A stretch of 64,000 nucleotides of DNA from Hamiltosporidium tvaerminnensis FI-OER-3-3 (taxonomy: Eukaryota; Fungi; Microsporidia). Location of the stretch: NCBI GenBank assembly GCA_022605425.2, contig JAKIMF020000011.1:682001-746000 (forward strand), in the 5' to 3' direction. Shown one piece after another: positions 62,164 to 64,000 of the stretch. Position 1 is the first letter of the stretch. Each line of letters begins with the position of its first letter. The notes beneath the pieces were generated by a model. It did not search any database and was not told the origin of the DNA. It saw only the letters and a list, made by a program, of their open reading frames with translations. The position numbers and the translations under genes were made by a program.

Positions 62164-64000
62164 ATGCATAAAAATCCAAGGCACTTGTTTCAATTTCTTT
62201 CAAAATTAAACGCGCAACTTGTACTTCCACTACAAAATATGAACTTAGAATATTCAGTACAACACAAACTTAGTTACAAAAAATATGATACTTCTATTTT
62301 TGAAAATATATCTTTTAGTATTTTATTTGGTCATTCTATTGATGTGCCAGACGAATTTCTAACAGATTTTTTTCAAAAAATATTTTATTCTTCTGATTTT
62401 TCATATAGAAATATAAAATTTATATTTCAAAATCATGTTTTTTACAACAATCTTATTATTTACAACGATGAAAATATTATTTCAGAGTTTTGTAGTAAGT
62501 TAAATCATAAATTATTATATTTTTTACCTTCAAAGGATTTATATGAAACAGTTACACAGAATTTACATGAACATAAAAACGGTTTCATCGGGAATATAAA
62601 TATTCCAAATTTAGAAATAAATATATTGAATGAAGTAAAAAGTATAAAAGTAAAAATAAAAAATTCATTTTCACCATCGTATTTTGAATTACCATTGACA
62701 AATTTGAAAGAGAAAGGAATGAAAAAAGTTAAAATTGATATTGTTACACCATTTAGAACCTATAAAAAAGAAATACCTTTAAAATATAATAGAATGTATA
62801 AAGAAGCAGACAATGAAATTTTTAGTGAATTTTGTTTAAAAAATGTGAATAGAAATTTAAAAGATATTTTTTGTCAGATTTATTCTTTTACTTTATCTAC
62901 AATAAATGATAAGTTATATTTCAAAAGTAATGAAGAATATATTAAAAATGATATATTTGAGGAAAATAAAATAAAAGAATGGAAAAAAGAAGAAATTTAT
63001 AAACATTTAAATGAAAGTTTGGTTTTTAATCCGATTGAAATCAAAACAGAGAATATGAAGGGAAAGAAAATGATTGGAAATAGATTAGAATATAAAGAAG
63101 AATTACGTAGGACGAAGAGCTCAATATTTGTGAAAAAGCTAGAAAAAAATGTTTTTGATTTTATTCACACACAATATACACTTTTCATTTCAAATTATCG
63201 TGTTTCTACTCGTTCTTTGTGCCATTCAATTCTATTTTTTTCTATATTTTTTGGTCACACAGATAAAATTATGTTTCTTGTAGAAAGTCTTAAAGAATTC
63301 TTAGAAAACAAAATAAACGATTTGGATGTTTGTCCGAGTCGTACCGAAGATTATTTGTTTTTATACGAGACCATGGTTTTTCTTATAAAATTATTTAGTC
63401 GCGAAATAAATGTACAGTCTATACAGAATGAATCCGAGAAAAAAGACAAATTAACGAAAAATCCAAAAAATGAACAAAAATATAATTTAATGGAAATCAA
63501 AACATTGAATTTTACTTCCGTAAATGGAAACAATCTTTTAAAAGATTTGAAAGTAAGTTTTACGAATATTTTACTTGAAAACGAAGGTATTAAATTGAAA
63601 AATACAGAAATTTATCCAAGAATGCTACGTATTTATAATAATTTACTTAACTGTCACAAAAAAGGACTTTTAAAATTACTTGAAAAAGAAAAAATAAAAT
63701 TTGAATTACAAAATTTGTATGAAAATGCAAAATTAGACTCATTAGAAATTTTACCTGTTATCTCCATATTTTCATACATAAAAAACTTAACAGAAATAGA
63801 TTTTCAAATAGAAAAAAATGTAAGCAAAATGATTGAAAAAAACGTCGATTTGTTTTATACTTCTATTCTCAATGAAGTCAGATATTCAGATGTTAAATAC
63901 GATTTAGAAAGTAAACACAGTGTTCTATACATTGTGTTTTCAGTATTAGAAAAATTTTTATACAATATTTCCATAAATACTGTCATAGATAAGAAATATA
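62164..64000 (+). CDS. long hypothetical protein, partial (runs off window; absent from the ORF track)
   Basis: Frame is open from 62080 to the window end (>600 codons), with first ATG at 62164 (MHKNPRHLFQFLSKL...). True start uncertain; no recognisable motif. Confidence 0.8.
   Translation, partial: MHKNPRHLFQFLSKLNAQLVLPLQNMNLEYSVQHKLSYKKYDTSIFENISFSILFGHSIDVPDEFLTDFFQKIFYSSDFSYRNIKFIFQNHVFYNNLIIYNDENIISEFCSKLNHKLLYFLPSKDLYETVTQNLHEHKNGFIGNINIPNLEINILNEVKSIKVKIKNSFSPSYFELPLTNLKEKGMKKVKIDIVTPFRTYKKEIPLKYNRMYKEADNEIFSEFCLKNVNRNLKDIFCQIYSFTLSTINDKLYFKSNEEYIKNDIFEENKIKEWKKEEIYKHLNESLVFNPIEIKTENMKGKKMIGNRLEYKEELRRTKSSIFVKKLEKNVFDFIHTQYTLFISNYRVSTRSLCHSILFFSIFFGHTDKIMFLVESLKEFLENKINDLDVCPSRTEDYLFLYETMVFLIKLFSREINVQSIQNESEKKDKLTKNPKNEQKYNLMEIKTLNFTSVNGNNLLKDLKVSFTNILLENEGIKLKNTEIYPRMLRIYNNLLNCHKKGLLKLLEKEKIKFELQNLYENAKLDSLEILPVISIFSYIKNLTEIDFQIEKNVSKMIEKNVDLFYTSILNEVRYSDVKYDLESKHSVLYIVFSVLEKFLYNISINTVIDKKY

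Overview
Very AT-rich, gene-sparse eukaryotic DNA with intronless ORFs and a CCC motif just upstream of most start codons. This is the signature of a large-genome microsporidian (Hamiltosporidium-like; inference). Conserved genes: ribonucleotide reductase small subunit, PP2A activator PTPA, a Tubby-domain protein, a probable FHIP/FAM160 (RAI16-like) protein, a WD40-like protein, a type II membrane protein and a long partial ORF at the right edge. Six paralogues of a lineage-specific secreted-protein family occur (2 intact, 4 frameshifted). The window holds many copies of an RLE-type (R4/Dong-like) non-LTR retrotransposon: one near full-length copy with a 14-bp TSD, several 5'-truncated copies and several ancient relics. 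The most interesting object is a ~730-nt non-coding repeat (4 young copies, 2 old copies, 2 fragments). It has 12-15 bp TSDs, the same TTAAATAAA 3' end as the LINE, a constant 5' GTGGAG start, an HDV-ribozyme-like motif order near its 5' end, and an extensive predicted fold with a pseudoknot and one compensatory base change between copies. It is a candidate structured-RNA non-autonomous partner of the LINE. All folds were read by eye, not computed.
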